Below, one piece after another: positions 7,689 to 17,106 of a stretch of 64,000 bases of DNA. The position numbers were made by a program, and so were the translations under genes. Numbering within the stretch: the first letter of the stretch is position 1; each line of letters opens with the position of its first letter. The stretch spans positions 47,028 through 111,027 of the forward strand of contig DKYK01000038.1 of the NCBI GenBank assembly GCA_002492415.1, written 5' to 3'. The stretch comes from Christensenella sp. UBA7102 (lineage in GTDB: Bacteria > Bacillota > Clostridia > Christensenellales > UBA1750). Below the pieces are notes generated by a model that did not search any database, was not told the DNA's origin, and saw nothing but the letters and a program-made list of their open reading frames with translations.

Positions 7689-8807
7689 TTATTTCATCAA
7701 TGTCAACGCTTCGGCGCACTCCTCTACGCGGCGCAGCACGATCTTCACCTCTTCGTCCGTAAGCAACAGCAGGTTGAGCGTAATGCCGTTCGGGCTGTCG
7801 TCCGAGCGCGCGGCAAGGATCGCCGGGTCGCCTTTTTCCAGCATTTCCACCAGAGCCTCGGCCGAATACGATCCCAGTATGTCCAACGCCATGCGCGGAT
7901 AGTTCTGCCCCTGCGGGCCGGGGATCACCCTGCGGCACTCAAAATAGCCCGCACGCTCCACGCGATGGCTCTCCTCGCGGATGATGCGGTTGACGCGCTC
8001 GATGCGCTCGGCATAATCGTCCCCCGCCAAATACTCCTCCAGCGCCGCAAACAGCCCTACGATTTCCTCCCTGCCGATATTGGCCACGGAAGCTACGCTG
8101 TGCCGGGGCGGCGCTATGGACAGAATCGCATCGGTCAGCCATTTTTTTCCTACCACAAGCCCGCTGCCTGACGGACCGCGCAGCGCGCGCCCGCCTGCAA
8201 AAATCGCGGCGGCGGCGCCGGCCTTGGTGTACCTCCACAGGCTCTCCTTGGGCGGAATCTGTGCCGCGGCGTTGACCACCAGCGGCAGCCCCGCCTCGTT
8301 TGCCACGGACAGCGCCTCCTCAAAGGTCAGCGTATTTCTGTCGTGCAGCTCCGCGTAAAAGATCGCGCAGGTGCGCTCGGTGATGGCTGCGCGCAGTTTC
8401 TCGCACTCATGCGCGCCCGCGTCTGCCATGACCAGGCGCGCGCCCATCACGCACATCTCGCCTTCAAAATAGGCCATTTGCGACTTGAGCACGAGAATCT
8501 CATTGCGCAGGCCCTGCGCATCCGGCAGTCGCATCATCTTATCGAAATCGCCGCCCGTCATCAGCACAGCGGCGCATAGCATCAGGCCCGCGGCAGTGCC
8601 CAATACCACCACCGCACCCTCGTTGTCCGTCATCTCGGCAATGCGAGCTCCCACTGCGCGATGAAGCTCATCCATGCGCACAAAGGAGTGCGACGCTTCC
8701 TCCATCGCGTCCAGCACCGTCTGGGTGGGCAGACTGCCGCCCAGGGAGGAGAGAAAGTCCAGCGCGTTGATGTATGTTTTGACCTTCAGTTCCTTGTAGA
8801 CCGTCAC
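7689..8807 (-). CDS. SelA/DgaE-like PLP-fold protein, paralog B (Arg at the expected PLP-lysine position)
   Basis: It aligns end to end with the upstream paralog. The motif is IFAGGRALRGPSGSGLVVGKK, where SelA has FSGDKLLGGPQAGIIVGKK. The GTG start overlaps the upstream stop (GTGA at 8804-8807). Confidence 0.8.
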   Translation of the reverse strand: MTVYKELKVKTYINALDFLSSLGGSLPTQTVLDAMEEASHSFVRMDELHRAVGARIAEMTDNEGAVVVLGTAAGLMLCAAVLMTGGDFDKMMRLPDAQGLRNEILVLKSQMAYFEGEMCVMGARLVMADAGAHECEKLRAAITERTCAIFYAELHDRNTLTFEEALSVANEAGLPLVVNAAAQIPPKESLWRYTKAGAAAAIFAGGRALRGPSGSGLVVGKKWLTDAILSIAPPRHSVASVANIGREEIVGLFAALEEYLAGDDYAERIERVNRIIREESHRVERAGYFECRRVIPGPQGQNYPRMALDILGSYSAEALVEMLEKGDPAILAARSDDSPNGITLNLLLLTDEEVKIVLRRVEECAEALTLMK

Positions 8808-9943
8808 GCCTTCGCGCCCCCCTTGTTCAGCTTTTCATAGCAGGAAACCATGCCCGCCACGAGCACGGGCACCTCCTCCGGTTCCATATTGAGCGTGTTG
8901 ACGGTGACGCCGTTGTGCCACTCCCACGCCCCCACCAGGATGCCGGGATCCAGCGCCAGCAGCGCGTCCTTGAGCGCCATGGCGGGCACGTTGCCCAGCA
9001 CCTCCACGCCCAGCCACCGGTAAGTCTGGCCCGACGGCCCGGGGTAGAGCACCGAGGTCTTAAAATATCCCGTATCATCCAACGCCTGTGCGATGCGCTC
9101 GCGCATGGCGCTCATGTTCCTGAGCCGCTTTTCCATCTGCCCAGGCTGCAAAAACGCCTTGAGCGCCTGATAAACGCTGATGATCTCCTCGCGGCCCTCC
9201 TTGGTGGTACGCGCAATGCCTGTGCACGGCGGTACGACCATCTTCATCAAATCCACCAGCGCGCGGCGGCCGACGAGTATCCCGCTCTGCTGCGCCCCTC
9301 GGATGGCCTTTCCTCCGGCAAAAATCGCCAGATCTGCCCCATTGTCCACGGTGTAGCGCCACAGGTTCTCCATCGGCGGCAGCTGGCCTGACGCCTGCAC
9401 CACCATAAACGCGTCGTGCTGATGCGCCAGCAGCGTCAAGCGGCGCAACGGCGGGCACTTGGCGGAAAGATCCTGCGTATCGCAGTAAACGACGGCGCAG
9501 GTGCGCGGTGTGATGGCTGCCTCCACATCCTCAATCGTCACATGTTTTCCCAGTCCTACGTCCACCACCTTGCCGCCCGCGGCGCGTATGGCAAAGCTGA
9601 CCGAGCTTTTCCGCTCCCGGATCACAATGAATTCATTGCGCAGCCCCGTGCTGTCCGGCAGTTTGGCAAACAGTTCGGGCTCGGGGTGCCGCACCATGCA
9701 CACGGCGCTGGCGATGAGCATACTCGCCGCCGTGCCCGCAGTGACAAACGCCGCCTCGTTTCCCGTCATGTGCGCAATCTCGCGCCCCACAGCCTCCCGC
9801 AAATCCTCAATGTGCACATAAGCGGATGCTGCGTCCCGCATCGCGTCCAGCGTCTCCTTCTCCATGCGCGAGGAGCCGTAGGCCGACACCGCATCCCACG
9901 CGTTGATATACTTTTTTACCTTGAGCCGCTGATAAATATCCAT
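8804..9943 (-). CDS. SelA/DgaE-like PLP-dependent enzyme, paralog A (lysine retained)
   Basis: The motif IFAGGKAIRGAQQSGILVGRR retains the lysine (codon AAG at 9308-9310). The start MDIYQRLKVKKYINAWD at 9943 is preceded by AAAGGAGGAAAG. Confidence 0.8.
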   Translation of the reverse strand: MDIYQRLKVKKYINAWDAVSAYGSSRMEKETLDAMRDAASAYVHIEDLREAVGREIAHMTGNEAAFVTAGTAASMLIASAVCMVRHPEPELFAKLPDSTGLRNEFIVIRERKSSVSFAIRAAGGKVVDVGLGKHVTIEDVEAAITPRTCAVVYCDTQDLSAKCPPLRRLTLLAHQHDAFMVVQASGQLPPMENLWRYTVDNGADLAIFAGGKAIRGAQQSGILVGRRALVDLMKMVVPPCTGIARTTKEGREEIISVYQALKAFLQPGQMEKRLRNMSAMRERIAQALDDTGYFKTSVLYPGPSGQTYRWLGVEVLGNVPAMALKDALLALDPGILVGAWEWHNGVTVNTLNMEPEEVPVLVAGMVSCYEKLNKGGAKA

Positions 9944-9966
9944 CCGCTTTCCTCCTTTTCCCCAAA

Positions 9967-9995
9967 AGGATATCAAACCCTTCCTGTTTTGTCAA
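9967..9995 (-). promoter_or_regulatory. SigA-type promoter, TTGACA-17-TATCCT, for the SelA-like/MFS operon
   Basis: The -35 is perfect and the -10 is weak. The position is consistent with a short leader before the RBS at about 9950. Confidence 0.4.
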
Positions 9996-10106
9996 TCAAG
10001 TCCATGTTATGTACAAAAAAATACGTCAAAAAAATTAAACTTTCTCAGAACCATTCAAAAGAGACGGCCTTGGCTCCAACATCCGCCGATCCCGCAATGC
10101 AATAAT

Positions 10107-10143
10107 CCCTCCGTCCCTTCCCCTTTGGGGAGGGGACGGAGGG
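10107..10143 (-). terminator. very strong hairpin downstream of the metallophosphoesterase gene
   Basis: A 17-bp G+C-rich stem (CCCTCCGTCCCTTCCCC / GGGGAGGGGACGGAGGG) with a TTT loop. The U-tract is poor. Confidence 0.5.
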
Positions 10144-10196
10144 TCCGCCTCGCGCCCTATAACCCTATTCCGTTCTCATCCGTCCTATTCCCGCGC

Positions 10197-11237
10197 TCAT
10201 GCCTGCACCTTCCTGGTCAGCGTGATGATGGAGACCTTGGGCGGATTCCACAGCCGGAAGTTCAGCATGCCGCCGTACGTGGTGCCCAAGCCCGTGCTGA
10301 CGCATTGGTACGTCGCATTCACCTCGTGCAACCCCGTCAGGTACCGACTCTCCGGAAACCACCCGTCGCGGGGCAGCTGCTCGTTTTCCGCTTTGAGCGC
10401 CCCAATGAAAGGCAGACAGGTCTGCCCGCCCAGGTGATGCCCCGACAGGATCAGATCCGCCTCGCCGAATATCGCGGTAGAACTCTCCGACTGCAGGCTG
10501 GGGTCCAGGCAGGGCATGTGCGAGAGCATCACGGTCAAATCGTTGTGCTGCCGCTTTTCCATCTCGTCGGCAAAGGCCTGATAGCGCGCTTTTCGGTACA
10601 GTATGGACTGCACGGTCTCGTCGTCCAGCGTCTCATCCGCAAGCCTTCCATCCAGCGACGCGATGGGGCTTGCGGTATCCAGCACCAAGGCGCTTGCAGG
10701 CATCAGCCACAGCCGCGTATCCCCTTCGCTGACGGCGACGGGCACGTCCAGATACACCGCGCCCTTGCTCTGCGCCATCTCCACCCACTGCGCCGGGCCA
10801 AAGCTGCCGTCCTGCCGCGTGCACGTGGCAGGCGGGTCGTTATCGCCGGTAATGAAGTACACGGGCTTGCCCTGCGCGGCAAAATAGTCCAGCGACTGAT
10901 AAAAGCCCGTCGTATCGCCATCCGTGCCCAGCACATCGCCCGTCATCACCACCAGGTCGTAGTCGTAATCCTCCAGCGCACGCGCCAGGCTCTCGCCCTC
11001 CTCGCCAAACTGTGTGTCGCGAATGTCGCTGATGTGCAAAATAGCGGTACCCTCCATGTTCTTTGGCAGCGTGGGCATGGAGAAGCGCACCTCGTCCACC
11101 ACAATGCGGCTGTTATCATACACCACCGCGCACACCATGAGCAGAACGAGCAGCAGCGGCACCACCAGCGAAATCGGGCTGAACTTTCGCCGCACCCGGA
11201 ACAACTTTTTCGTCTCGCGCGACATCTTCAGCTTCAT
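10197..11237 (-). CDS. membrane-anchored metallophosphoesterase
   Basis: An N-terminal TM segment is followed by the motifs HISDIR, VMTGDVLG, FITGDNDP and LSGHHLGGQ. The start is uncertain (11270, 11246 or 11237). I prefer 11237 because of its spacing after GGTGGAGG. Confidence 0.8.
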   Translation of the reverse strand: MKLKMSRETKKLFRVRRKFSPISLVVPLLLVLLMVCAVVYDNSRIVVDEVRFSMPTLPKNMEGTAILHISDIRDTQFGEEGESLARALEDYDYDLVVMTGDVLGTDGDTTGFYQSLDYFAAQGKPVYFITGDNDPPATCTRQDGSFGPAQWVEMAQSKGAVYLDVPVAVSEGDTRLWLMPASALVLDTASPIASLDGRLADETLDDETVQSILYRKARYQAFADEMEKRQHNDLTVMLSHMPCLDPSLQSESSTAIFGEADLILSGHHLGGQTCLPFIGALKAENEQLPRDGWFPESRYLTGLHEVNATYQCVSTGLGTTYGGMLNFRLWNPPKVSIITLTRKVQA

Positions 11238-11281
11238 CCCGCGCATGCCTCCACCGCCCTTTTCCCGCATTCTTTCGTTTC

Positions 11282-11310
11282 ATTATATCACGTTTCACCT
11301 CTGCGGGCAA
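11282..11310 (-). promoter_or_regulatory. SigA-type promoter, TTGCCC-17-TATAAT, for the metallophosphoesterase gene
   Basis: The -10 is perfect. Its position argues against the track start at 11270. Confidence 0.4.
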
Positions 11311-11383
11311 GTCGGGGAACCTTTGGGCGTCGCGCTTCGTCCAATCCATAAAAGAACGCTGTGTATCAGGAGGCGAATACTGC

Positions 11384-11800
11384 ATGAAACGACTGCTCAT
11401 TTTACTGCTCACGCTGCTCTGCGCCCTGTGCTTGATCGGCTGCGCGGGCGCAAACACTGGGGCCGGTGAATCCATCTGCGCCCACATCGCTGCGGATGTG
11501 ACCACGGTTGAAATCACGCATCACCTCAGCGGACAGATTGTGCGCTGGACGGCAGAGGGCGACGAGCTGTCTGCGCTCCGGGACTGGGCAGCCGCCCTGG
11601 AATGTATGCCCGAACGCTTTGAAACCGGCAATACCCCTGGCGACTGCGACGGCGGCGAGGTCTACGACTTCGCGCTGACCGAGGGCGACTATCCCGGCTT
11701 TTCTTATATCGTCAACGGGCCGGATGACTGCCACTTGCTCATCGAGGGACAGTGGTACTCCGTCTCCACTCCCTCCGTGCCTCCGGTTGAAGAGCCGTAA
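11384..11800 (+). CDS. hypothetical lipoprotein
   Basis: The signal peptide has a lipobox (MKRLLILLLTLLCALCLIGC-AG). AGGAGG precedes the ATG. Confidence 0.7.
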   Translation: MKRLLILLLTLLCALCLIGCAGANTGAGESICAHIAADVTTVEITHHLSGQIVRWTAEGDELSALRDWAAALECMPERFETGNTPGDCDGGEVYDFALTEGDYPGFSYIVNGPDDCHLLIEGQWYSVSTPSVPPVEEP

Positions 11801-11861
11801 ATACATAAAAACGCCGTCCGCCAGAGGATTTTCCTCCCGGCGGGCGGCATTTTCTGTCGTC

Positions 11862-13184
11862 TCAGCGGTAGATGATGCTTTCGCGCGCAGGGCCGTTGGA
11901 GACCATGGTCACGGGCACGCCCACGCTTTTTTCGATGAACTCCACGTAGCGGCGCGCGTTCTCCGGCAGCTCTTCAAAGGACTTCGCGCCGGAGATATCG
12001 CACTTCCAGCCGGGCAACGTCTCGATGACGGGCTTGCAGTGCTCCAACAGCGGCGTGACCGGGAAGCGGTCGATGCGCTGGCCGTCCAGTTCGTAGGCCG
12101 TGCACACAGGGATCTCATCCAGATAGCTCAGCACGTCAATGTTGGTCAGCGCAACATCGGTCGCACCCTGGAGCATACAGCCATAGCGCGCCGCCACCAC
12201 GTCGAACCAGCCTACGCGGCGAGGACGACCCGTGGTCGCGCCAAATTCGCCCTTATCTCCACCCCTGCGGCGCAGCTCGTCAGCTTGAACCGGATCGAGC
12301 AGCTCGGAGACGAACGCGCCCGCGCCCACCGCCGAGGAGTAGGCCTTGAGCACTGTGATCACTTGTTTGATCTCGTAGGGTGGAATGCCGGCGCCCACGC
12401 AGGCAAAGCCCGCCAGCGGCGAGGACGAGGTAACCATGGGGTAGATGCCGTTGTCGGTGTCCTTGAGCGAACCCAGCTGCCCCTCGAGCAGGATGCGTTT
12501 ATCCTCGGCGATAGCCTGGTGCAGGAAAGCCGCCACATCACCCACCAGCGGGCGCAGCCGCTCGCGGAAGGAAACGAGGTACCGGTACATCTCCTCGGGA
12601 TCGATCAGCGAAAACAGCTTTTTTTCCTCGTCGTTGCGCGCTTTTCGCTCATTGACGTGGTAAAGATCAACCAGTTGGGCGTTTCTGAATGCGGCGATCT
12701 CCTTCAGATGCTCGCGCAGCAGCTCATCATGGAAGATCTCGCACACCTGAATGCCCTTTTTCATGGTTTTATCGGAGTAAAACGGAGCGATGCCCGACTT
12801 GGTGGAGCCATAGGCTTTGTCGGCCAGACGCATCTCCTCCAGCGTATCGAACTGAATATGGTAGGGCATCAGCACGTGCGCGCGGTCGGAGATGAGAAGC
12901 CTGGGCATGGTCACGCCCTTGGAGAGCACCTCGGCGTCCAGCTCGCGGAACAGCTTGCCCAGGTCCAGCGCCACACCCATACCGATGACATTGGTCACGT
13001 GCGGGTTGAACACGCCGCTGGGCAGTAGATGCAGTGCCGAGCGCCCGTATTCATTGATAATGGTGTGACCCGCGTTCGCGCCGCCCTGGAAGCGGACCAC
13101 GATGTCGGACTGCGCGCCGAGCATGTCCGTGATCTTGCCCTTGCCCTCGTCGCCCCAGCAGCCGCCAACAATCGCTCTTACCAT
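11862..13184 (-). CDS. purA: adenylosuccinate synthase
   Basis: The product has GDEGKGKITD, QGGANAGHT and a GATTGRPRRVGWFD-type motif. The start MVRAIVGG at 13184 follows AGGAGG. Confidence 0.95.
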   Translation of the reverse strand: MVRAIVGGCWGDEGKGKITDMLGAQSDIVVRFQGGANAGHTIINEYGRSALHLLPSGVFNPHVTNVIGMGVALDLGKLFRELDAEVLSKGVTMPRLLISDRAHVLMPYHIQFDTLEEMRLADKAYGSTKSGIAPFYSDKTMKKGIQVCEIFHDELLREHLKEIAAFRNAQLVDLYHVNERKARNDEEKKLFSLIDPEEMYRYLVSFRERLRPLVGDVAAFLHQAIAEDKRILLEGQLGSLKDTDNGIYPMVTSSSPLAGFACVGAGIPPYEIKQVITVLKAYSSAVGAGAFVSELLDPVQADELRRRGGDKGEFGATTGRPRRVGWFDVVAARYGCMLQGATDVALTNIDVLSYLDEIPVCTAYELDGQRIDRFPVTPLLEHCKPVIETLPGWKCDISGAKSFEELPENARRYVEFIEKSVGVPVTMVSNGPARESIIYR

Positions 13185-13232
13185 GGTGAAACCTCCTGTC
13201 GTACTCAAAAAGAAGGGACTTAGAACTCAAAT

Positions 13233-13261
13233 ATAATAGAAGATGCGCCGTCCAAAATCAA
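13233..13261 (-). promoter_or_regulatory. SigA-type promoter, TTGATT-17-TATTAT, for purA
   Basis: It was read on the minus strand, between the rhaD terminator and the purA RBS. Confidence 0.5.
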
Positions 13262-13305
13262 TACTTTCACCGGAAAAATCCGGGCCGTAATCAAAACTTA
13301 AACTG

Positions 13306-13352
13306 CGAAAAAGGGCGCGGAAGCGGGCAAACCTCTCCCCGCATCCGCGCCC
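13306..13352 (-). terminator. rho-independent terminator after the rhaD-like gene
   Basis: A 15-position stem with one mismatch is followed by five U on the minus strand. Confidence 0.7.
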
Positions 13353-13379
13353 CATTGCGCCTGTGTTTTTTGCGTCCCG

Positions 13380-14201
13380 TCAGTCCTTGAGGAACTTCTC
13401 CGGCAGCGTCAGCCCAAACAGCGCCGCGATGTCGATGAAGTTCTGCGTGCACATGGTCTGCCTGGCGCCGCCCGCAGCCTGCACGCGCATGTAAATATCC
13501 GCCGCCTTTTCCACGCAGTGCATCAGGCCAAAGGTGGTATCAAAGCTCTCGCCCGAGGCAAAAGTGCCGTGGAAGGCCCAGACCGCCACGTCGTACTGCT
13601 TCATCAGCTCGCTGGTGGCCTTGGCAATCTCCGCGCCGCCGCACACCATCCAGGGCAGCACGCCCACGCCGCCCGGGAACACCACCGGGCATTCCGTCAT
13701 CGCGGACCACAGCGCGCGCGTCCACTTGACGTCGTCCAGCTCCAGCACGTTGGTCATGGCGATGACTGCCGGCGTGTGCGCATGGTAAATCACGCGGTGC
13801 CTGCCGTTCGCGGCGTCGAATTTCACCGAGTGGTTCATCAGGTGCGAGGGAAACTCCGAGGTGGGCGCGCCGCCCTGCTCCAGCCCCCATACAATGCGGT
13901 ACTGATCGCCTGATTCGCTGATCTGCGCGATACAGACGTTGTTCTGTGGCTCCAGCTGCACATTGCGCAGGAATTTGCCCGTGCCCGTGGCCAGAAAATA
14001 GCTGCCGCCCAAATTCTTTACCGTCACGCCAATATCTGTCCACGGCTTAGCGTCGCGGAAATACGGCCGTGCGGCCTCCACCTCGTCGTCGGTCAGCCGG
14101 TAGGTCAGATTGCCGCCGTTGCGCTCATGCCAGCCCATGTTCACGCCGTCCGTCGCCATGCGGATATAGCCCTGCATGAAGGGCAGCTCCAGTATGCTCA
14201 T
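13380..14201 (-). CDS. rhaD: rhamnulose-1-phosphate aldolase (class II aldolase)
   Basis: 273 aa, collinear with E. coli RhaD as I recall it: GWHERNGGNLTYRL, TGTGKFLRNVQLEP, HAHTP, VVFPGGVGVLPWMV, FHGTFASG. Confidence 0.85.
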   Translation of the reverse strand: MSILELPFMQGYIRMATDGVNMGWHERNGGNLTYRLTDDEVEAARPYFRDAKPWTDIGVTVKNLGGSYFLATGTGKFLRNVQLEPQNNVCIAQISESGDQYRIVWGLEQGGAPTSEFPSHLMNHSVKFDAANGRHRVIYHAHTPAVIAMTNVLELDDVKWTRALWSAMTECPVVFPGGVGVLPWMVCGGAEIAKATSELMKQYDVAVWAFHGTFASGESFDTTFGLMHCVEKAADIYMRVQAAGGARQTMCTQNFIDIAALFGLTLPEKFLKD

Positions 14202-14242
14202 ATTTCTCCCTGCCTTTTGGTTAGAGTCGGTTTTTCCTCTTT

Positions 14243-14271
14243 ATGATACCGCGAACCGCGCCATTTTGCAA
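14243..14271 (-). promoter_or_regulatory. SigA-type promoter, TTGCAA-17-TATCAT, for the rhaD-like gene
   Basis: It was read on the minus strand, about 40 nt upstream of the ATG at 14201. Confidence 0.5.
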
Positions 14272-14286
14272 GAAAAACCGGCGCGC

Positions 14287-15081
14287 TCACGTCCTGGAGG
14301 CGTACGCCGGGTTCGCCTCCCGCACTAGGCCCGCGTAATGATCGCGCAGGCAGTCAAACGCCGTCCGCACCTCCCGCGGCACGTCCACGTGCGCGATGAA
14401 CCCCTTGCCGCACGGCCCATAACCCTGTGCGTCATCGGTCAGTCGCGGGATCTCACCCAGCAGCAGGCTGATGTACCGCTCCATCTCCCACATGCCGCGG
14501 ATGGGCTGCGCATAGGCCAGCGCCCCGTCTTGCACCACGATTTCCGCGCGGTATGATGCGTAGTTCACGATTCTCACATCCGGCGCATACTTTTGCAGTC
14601 CTGCCGCCATGCGCCGTTGCATGGCCGCATCCTGCGCCAGGATGATGCTGCCGCAATCCACATTGTTTTCTCGCAGCAGCTCCAGCAAATAGGTAATGTT
14701 GTTGCCGCAGTTGGTTGACCTGCACTCCAGCAGGTCAGCTTCCAGCCCATACTGCCGCCGCAGCACCCGCGCAAACACCTCCGCCTCGGGCAGCCCCGCC
14801 GTCTCCACGTCTGGAAACTCCCGATGCACCCGCTGCCGCAGCGCCTCGGTGGTATGCCCTTCGCCGCCCACGATGATGTATTTCTTTGCCGCTCCGCTGC
14901 GCATCGCCTGCGCCAGCACGTCCGCGCCGCAAAGGATGCTCCCGCCAAAGAGCGCCATCACATCCGCCTGCGGCGCGCCCAACACGGGTAGCAGCTGTTT
15001 CTGTGTCAGCGCCTCCACGTCTCTATAGCCGCAAAAGCGCCCCAGCGCATTGATGCTCCGCGCAATATTTTCCACCCTCAT
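14287..15081 (-). CDS. YdcF/ElyC (DUF218) family protein
   Basis: I use the internal start MRVENIARS (ATG 15079-15081), which follows AAAGGAGAGG. The motifs IIVGGEGHTTE and STNCGNN are present. The upper 216 codons of the track ORF are antisense to the peptidase gene. Confidence 0.8.
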   Translation of the reverse strand: MRVENIARSINALGRFCGYRDVEALTQKQLLPVLGAPQADVMALFGGSILCGADVLAQAMRSGAAKKYIIVGGEGHTTEALRQRVHREFPDVETAGLPEAEVFARVLRRQYGLEADLLECRSTNCGNNITYLLELLRENNVDCGSIILAQDAAMQRRMAAGLQKYAPDVRIVNYASYRAEIVVQDGALAYAQPIRGMWEMERYISLLLGEIPRLTDDAQGYGPCGKGFIAHVDVPREVRTAFDCLRDHYAGLVREANPAYASRT

Positions 15082-15220
15082 CCTCTCCTTTTTCACACTC
15101 TGCTTTCTGCATTGTACTCCTGCGCGCTCTCCCACGTCAATCTGCCCGTGTATTTCCCTTCGTGTTGTGGTATAATGTGGTATCATCCTGTCGATGTCTT
15201 TACGGAAGGGAAGGATAATC

Positions 15221-16270
15221 ATGACACAGCGCCGCATTGCGGATTTTGGCGTACGCATTGGAGAGATGGCGTGCGGCCCGCGGGACGCCATCACGGACGT
15301 TCCCGGCGTTCGCGTAGGACACGCCACGCTCAAAGAAGGGAACGCCTGCACGGGCGTGACCGTGATTCTGCCCGCACGGGGCGACCTGTTCACCCACAAG
15401 CTGGTGGGCGCGTCCTGCGTGCTCAATGGCTTTGGCAAGACCCTGGGGCTGATGCAGCTGGACGAGTTGGGCTCCATCGAGACGCCCATTGCGCTGACCA
15501 ATACGCTCAACGTCGGTCTCGTGCACGACGCGCTGGTGCAGTACGCCATTGACCAGGGCGCGGCGCATGGCACGACAGTCAAGTCCGTCAACCCCATCGT
15601 CTGCGAATGCAACGATGCGGGGCTCAACGACATCCAACACCGCGCGGTGCGCGCCGAGCACGTGTTTTCCGCCATTGAACGTGCATCCGAGGACTTTGCG
15701 CAGGGCTGCGTGGGCGCGGGCGCGGGCACGGTCTGTCACAGCTTAAAGGGCGGCATCGGTTCGGCCTCGCGCATCGTGCCCATCGACGGCCGCGACTATG
15801 TGCTGGGCGCGCTGGTGCAGACCAACCATGGCCGCCTGCACGATCTGACCATTGATGGCGACAAAGTGGGGCTGCGCATTGAGCAGGGTATCGAGCAGCT
15901 GCCGGTGGACAAGGGCAGCTGCATCGTCGTCATCGGCACCGACCTTCCCCTGTCCGACCGCCAGCTGCGCCGTGTGCTGCGCCGCAGCGCGGTGGGTCTT
16001 GCCCGGGCGGGTTCCTACATCGGCCATGGCAGCGGCGAGGTTGTGGTGGGCTTCACCACCGCCAACCGCATCCATATGGATGATCCTCACGACGTGATCC
16101 CGCAGTACGTCCTGCGCGAGGACCGAATGGACGTGCCCTTCCGCGCCTGCGCCGAGGCTGTGGAGGAGGCCATACTCAACTCCCTTGCCGCCGCCGAGAC
16201 CACTGTGGGCTATGAAGGCACAAAAAAGGTCGCGCTCTCCGACCTTTGGAAAGGAGCGCGCCATGCGTAG
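15221..16270 (+). CDS. P1 (DmpA/S58) family aminopeptidase
   Basis: The product has ITDVPGVRVGHATL..GVTVILP and the nucleophile region GAGTVCHSLKGGIGSAS. The start follows GGAAGG. Confidence 0.85.
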   Translation: MTQRRIADFGVRIGEMACGPRDAITDVPGVRVGHATLKEGNACTGVTVILPARGDLFTHKLVGASCVLNGFGKTLGLMQLDELGSIETPIALTNTLNVGLVHDALVQYAIDQGAAHGTTVKSVNPIVCECNDAGLNDIQHRAVRAEHVFSAIERASEDFAQGCVGAGAGTVCHSLKGGIGSASRIVPIDGRDYVLGALVQTNHGRLHDLTIDGDKVGLRIEQGIEQLPVDKGSCIVVIGTDLPLSDRQLRRVLRRSAVGLARAGSYIGHGSGEVVVGFTTANRIHMDDPHDVIPQYVLREDRMDVPFRACAEAVEEAILNSLAAAETTVGYEGTKKVALSDLWKGARHA

Positions 16271-17000
16271 AGTCGCGGTGGTTACGGGCGGCGCGCGAGG
16301 CATCGGCGCGGCGGTATGCGCTCAGCTTGCTCGCGACGGCTATTCCGTTGCCGTGGGATATACCGCGCACGAGGCGCAGGCGCAAGCGCTCGTCTCCGCG
16401 CTGCGCGCCGAAGGCGCCAATGCGCTGGCCGTGCGCGCCGACGTGCGCGTCCGCGAGGAGGTGAACGCGCTTTTTGCCACCGTCCGCACCCACCTGGGCG
16501 CGCCGGATACCCTCGTCTGCTGCGCCGGCATCGCCCAGCAGAAGCTCTTTCAGGACATCACCGACGCGGACTGGGACGACATGTTTGACGTCAACGTCAA
16601 GGGAGTCTACCGCTGCATCCAGGCCGCGCTGCCCGACATGCTGCGCCGCCGCCGCGGCTGCATCGTGACGCTGAGCTCCATGTGGGGACAGGTGGGCGCC
16701 TCCTGCGAGAGCCACTATGCCGCCAGCAAGGCCGCCATCATCGCGCTGACGCAGTCGCTGGCCAAGGAACTGGGCCCCTCGGGCATCCGCGTCAACTGTG
16801 TTACCCCCGGCGTCATCGAAACCGACATGACCGCCCCGCTGGGCCGCGGCGCCCTCGACGCCCTCGCGCAAGACACTCCTCTGAGCCGCAATGGCACCCC
16901 CGACGACGTCGCCTGCGCCGTCGCCTACCTCTGCTCCGACGCAGCGTCCTTCGTCACTGGCCACACCCTCTCCGTCAACGGCGGGTTTGTGATCGCCTGA
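16263..17000 (+). CDS. SDR family oxidoreductase (FabG-like)
   Basis: The product has TGGARGIG, NAG-like CCAGI and Y-x-x-x-K (YAASKAA). The ATG overlaps the upstream gene's end by 8 nt. Confidence 0.9.
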   Translation: MRRVAVVTGGARGIGAAVCAQLARDGYSVAVGYTAHEAQAQALVSALRAEGANALAVRADVRVREEVNALFATVRTHLGAPDTLVCCAGIAQQKLFQDITDADWDDMFDVNVKGVYRCIQAALPDMLRRRRGCIVTLSSMWGQVGASCESHYAASKAAIIALTQSLAKELGPSGIRVNCVTPGVIETDMTAPLGRGALDALAQDTPLSRNGTPDDVACAVAYLCSDAASFVTGHTLSVNGGFVIA

Positions 17001-17049
17001 CCGCCCAAAATCATCTGCAAAGTTCCTGTTTTCCGCCGGAATAGTCATA

Positions 17050-17103
17050 GACCCCTGTGTTCCTCTCCCTCTTGATGGGACAGGGCACAGGGGTCATTTT
17101 CTT
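17050..17103. terminator. hairpin between convergent genes
   Basis: Perfect 10-bp outer stem (GACCCCTGTG / CACAGGGGTC), then ATTTTCTTC. Confidence 0.55.
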
Positions 17104-17106
17104 CAT

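Noticed and set aside
10107-10143. 17-bp G+C-rich hairpin as a possible REP-like element, attachment site or small RNA
   Set aside because: It sits 54 nt past the stop of a minus-strand gene, so the simplest reading is a transcription terminator or stabiliser. A loosely similar GGGACGG-containing hairpin at 30265-30286 also sits at a gene end. Two cases are too few to call a repeat family.
10125-13028. Plus-strand ORFs 10125-11351 and 11724-13028
   Set aside because: They are antisense to the metallophosphoesterase gene and to purA respectively. Both minus-strand products carry diagnostic motifs.
15082-15729. N-terminal 216 codons of track ORF 14287-15729
   Set aside because: The translation is Pro/Ser/Thr/Cys-rich and non-protein-like, and it is antisense to the P1 peptidase gene. 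An internal ATG at 15081 has a good RBS and begins the YdcF homology.
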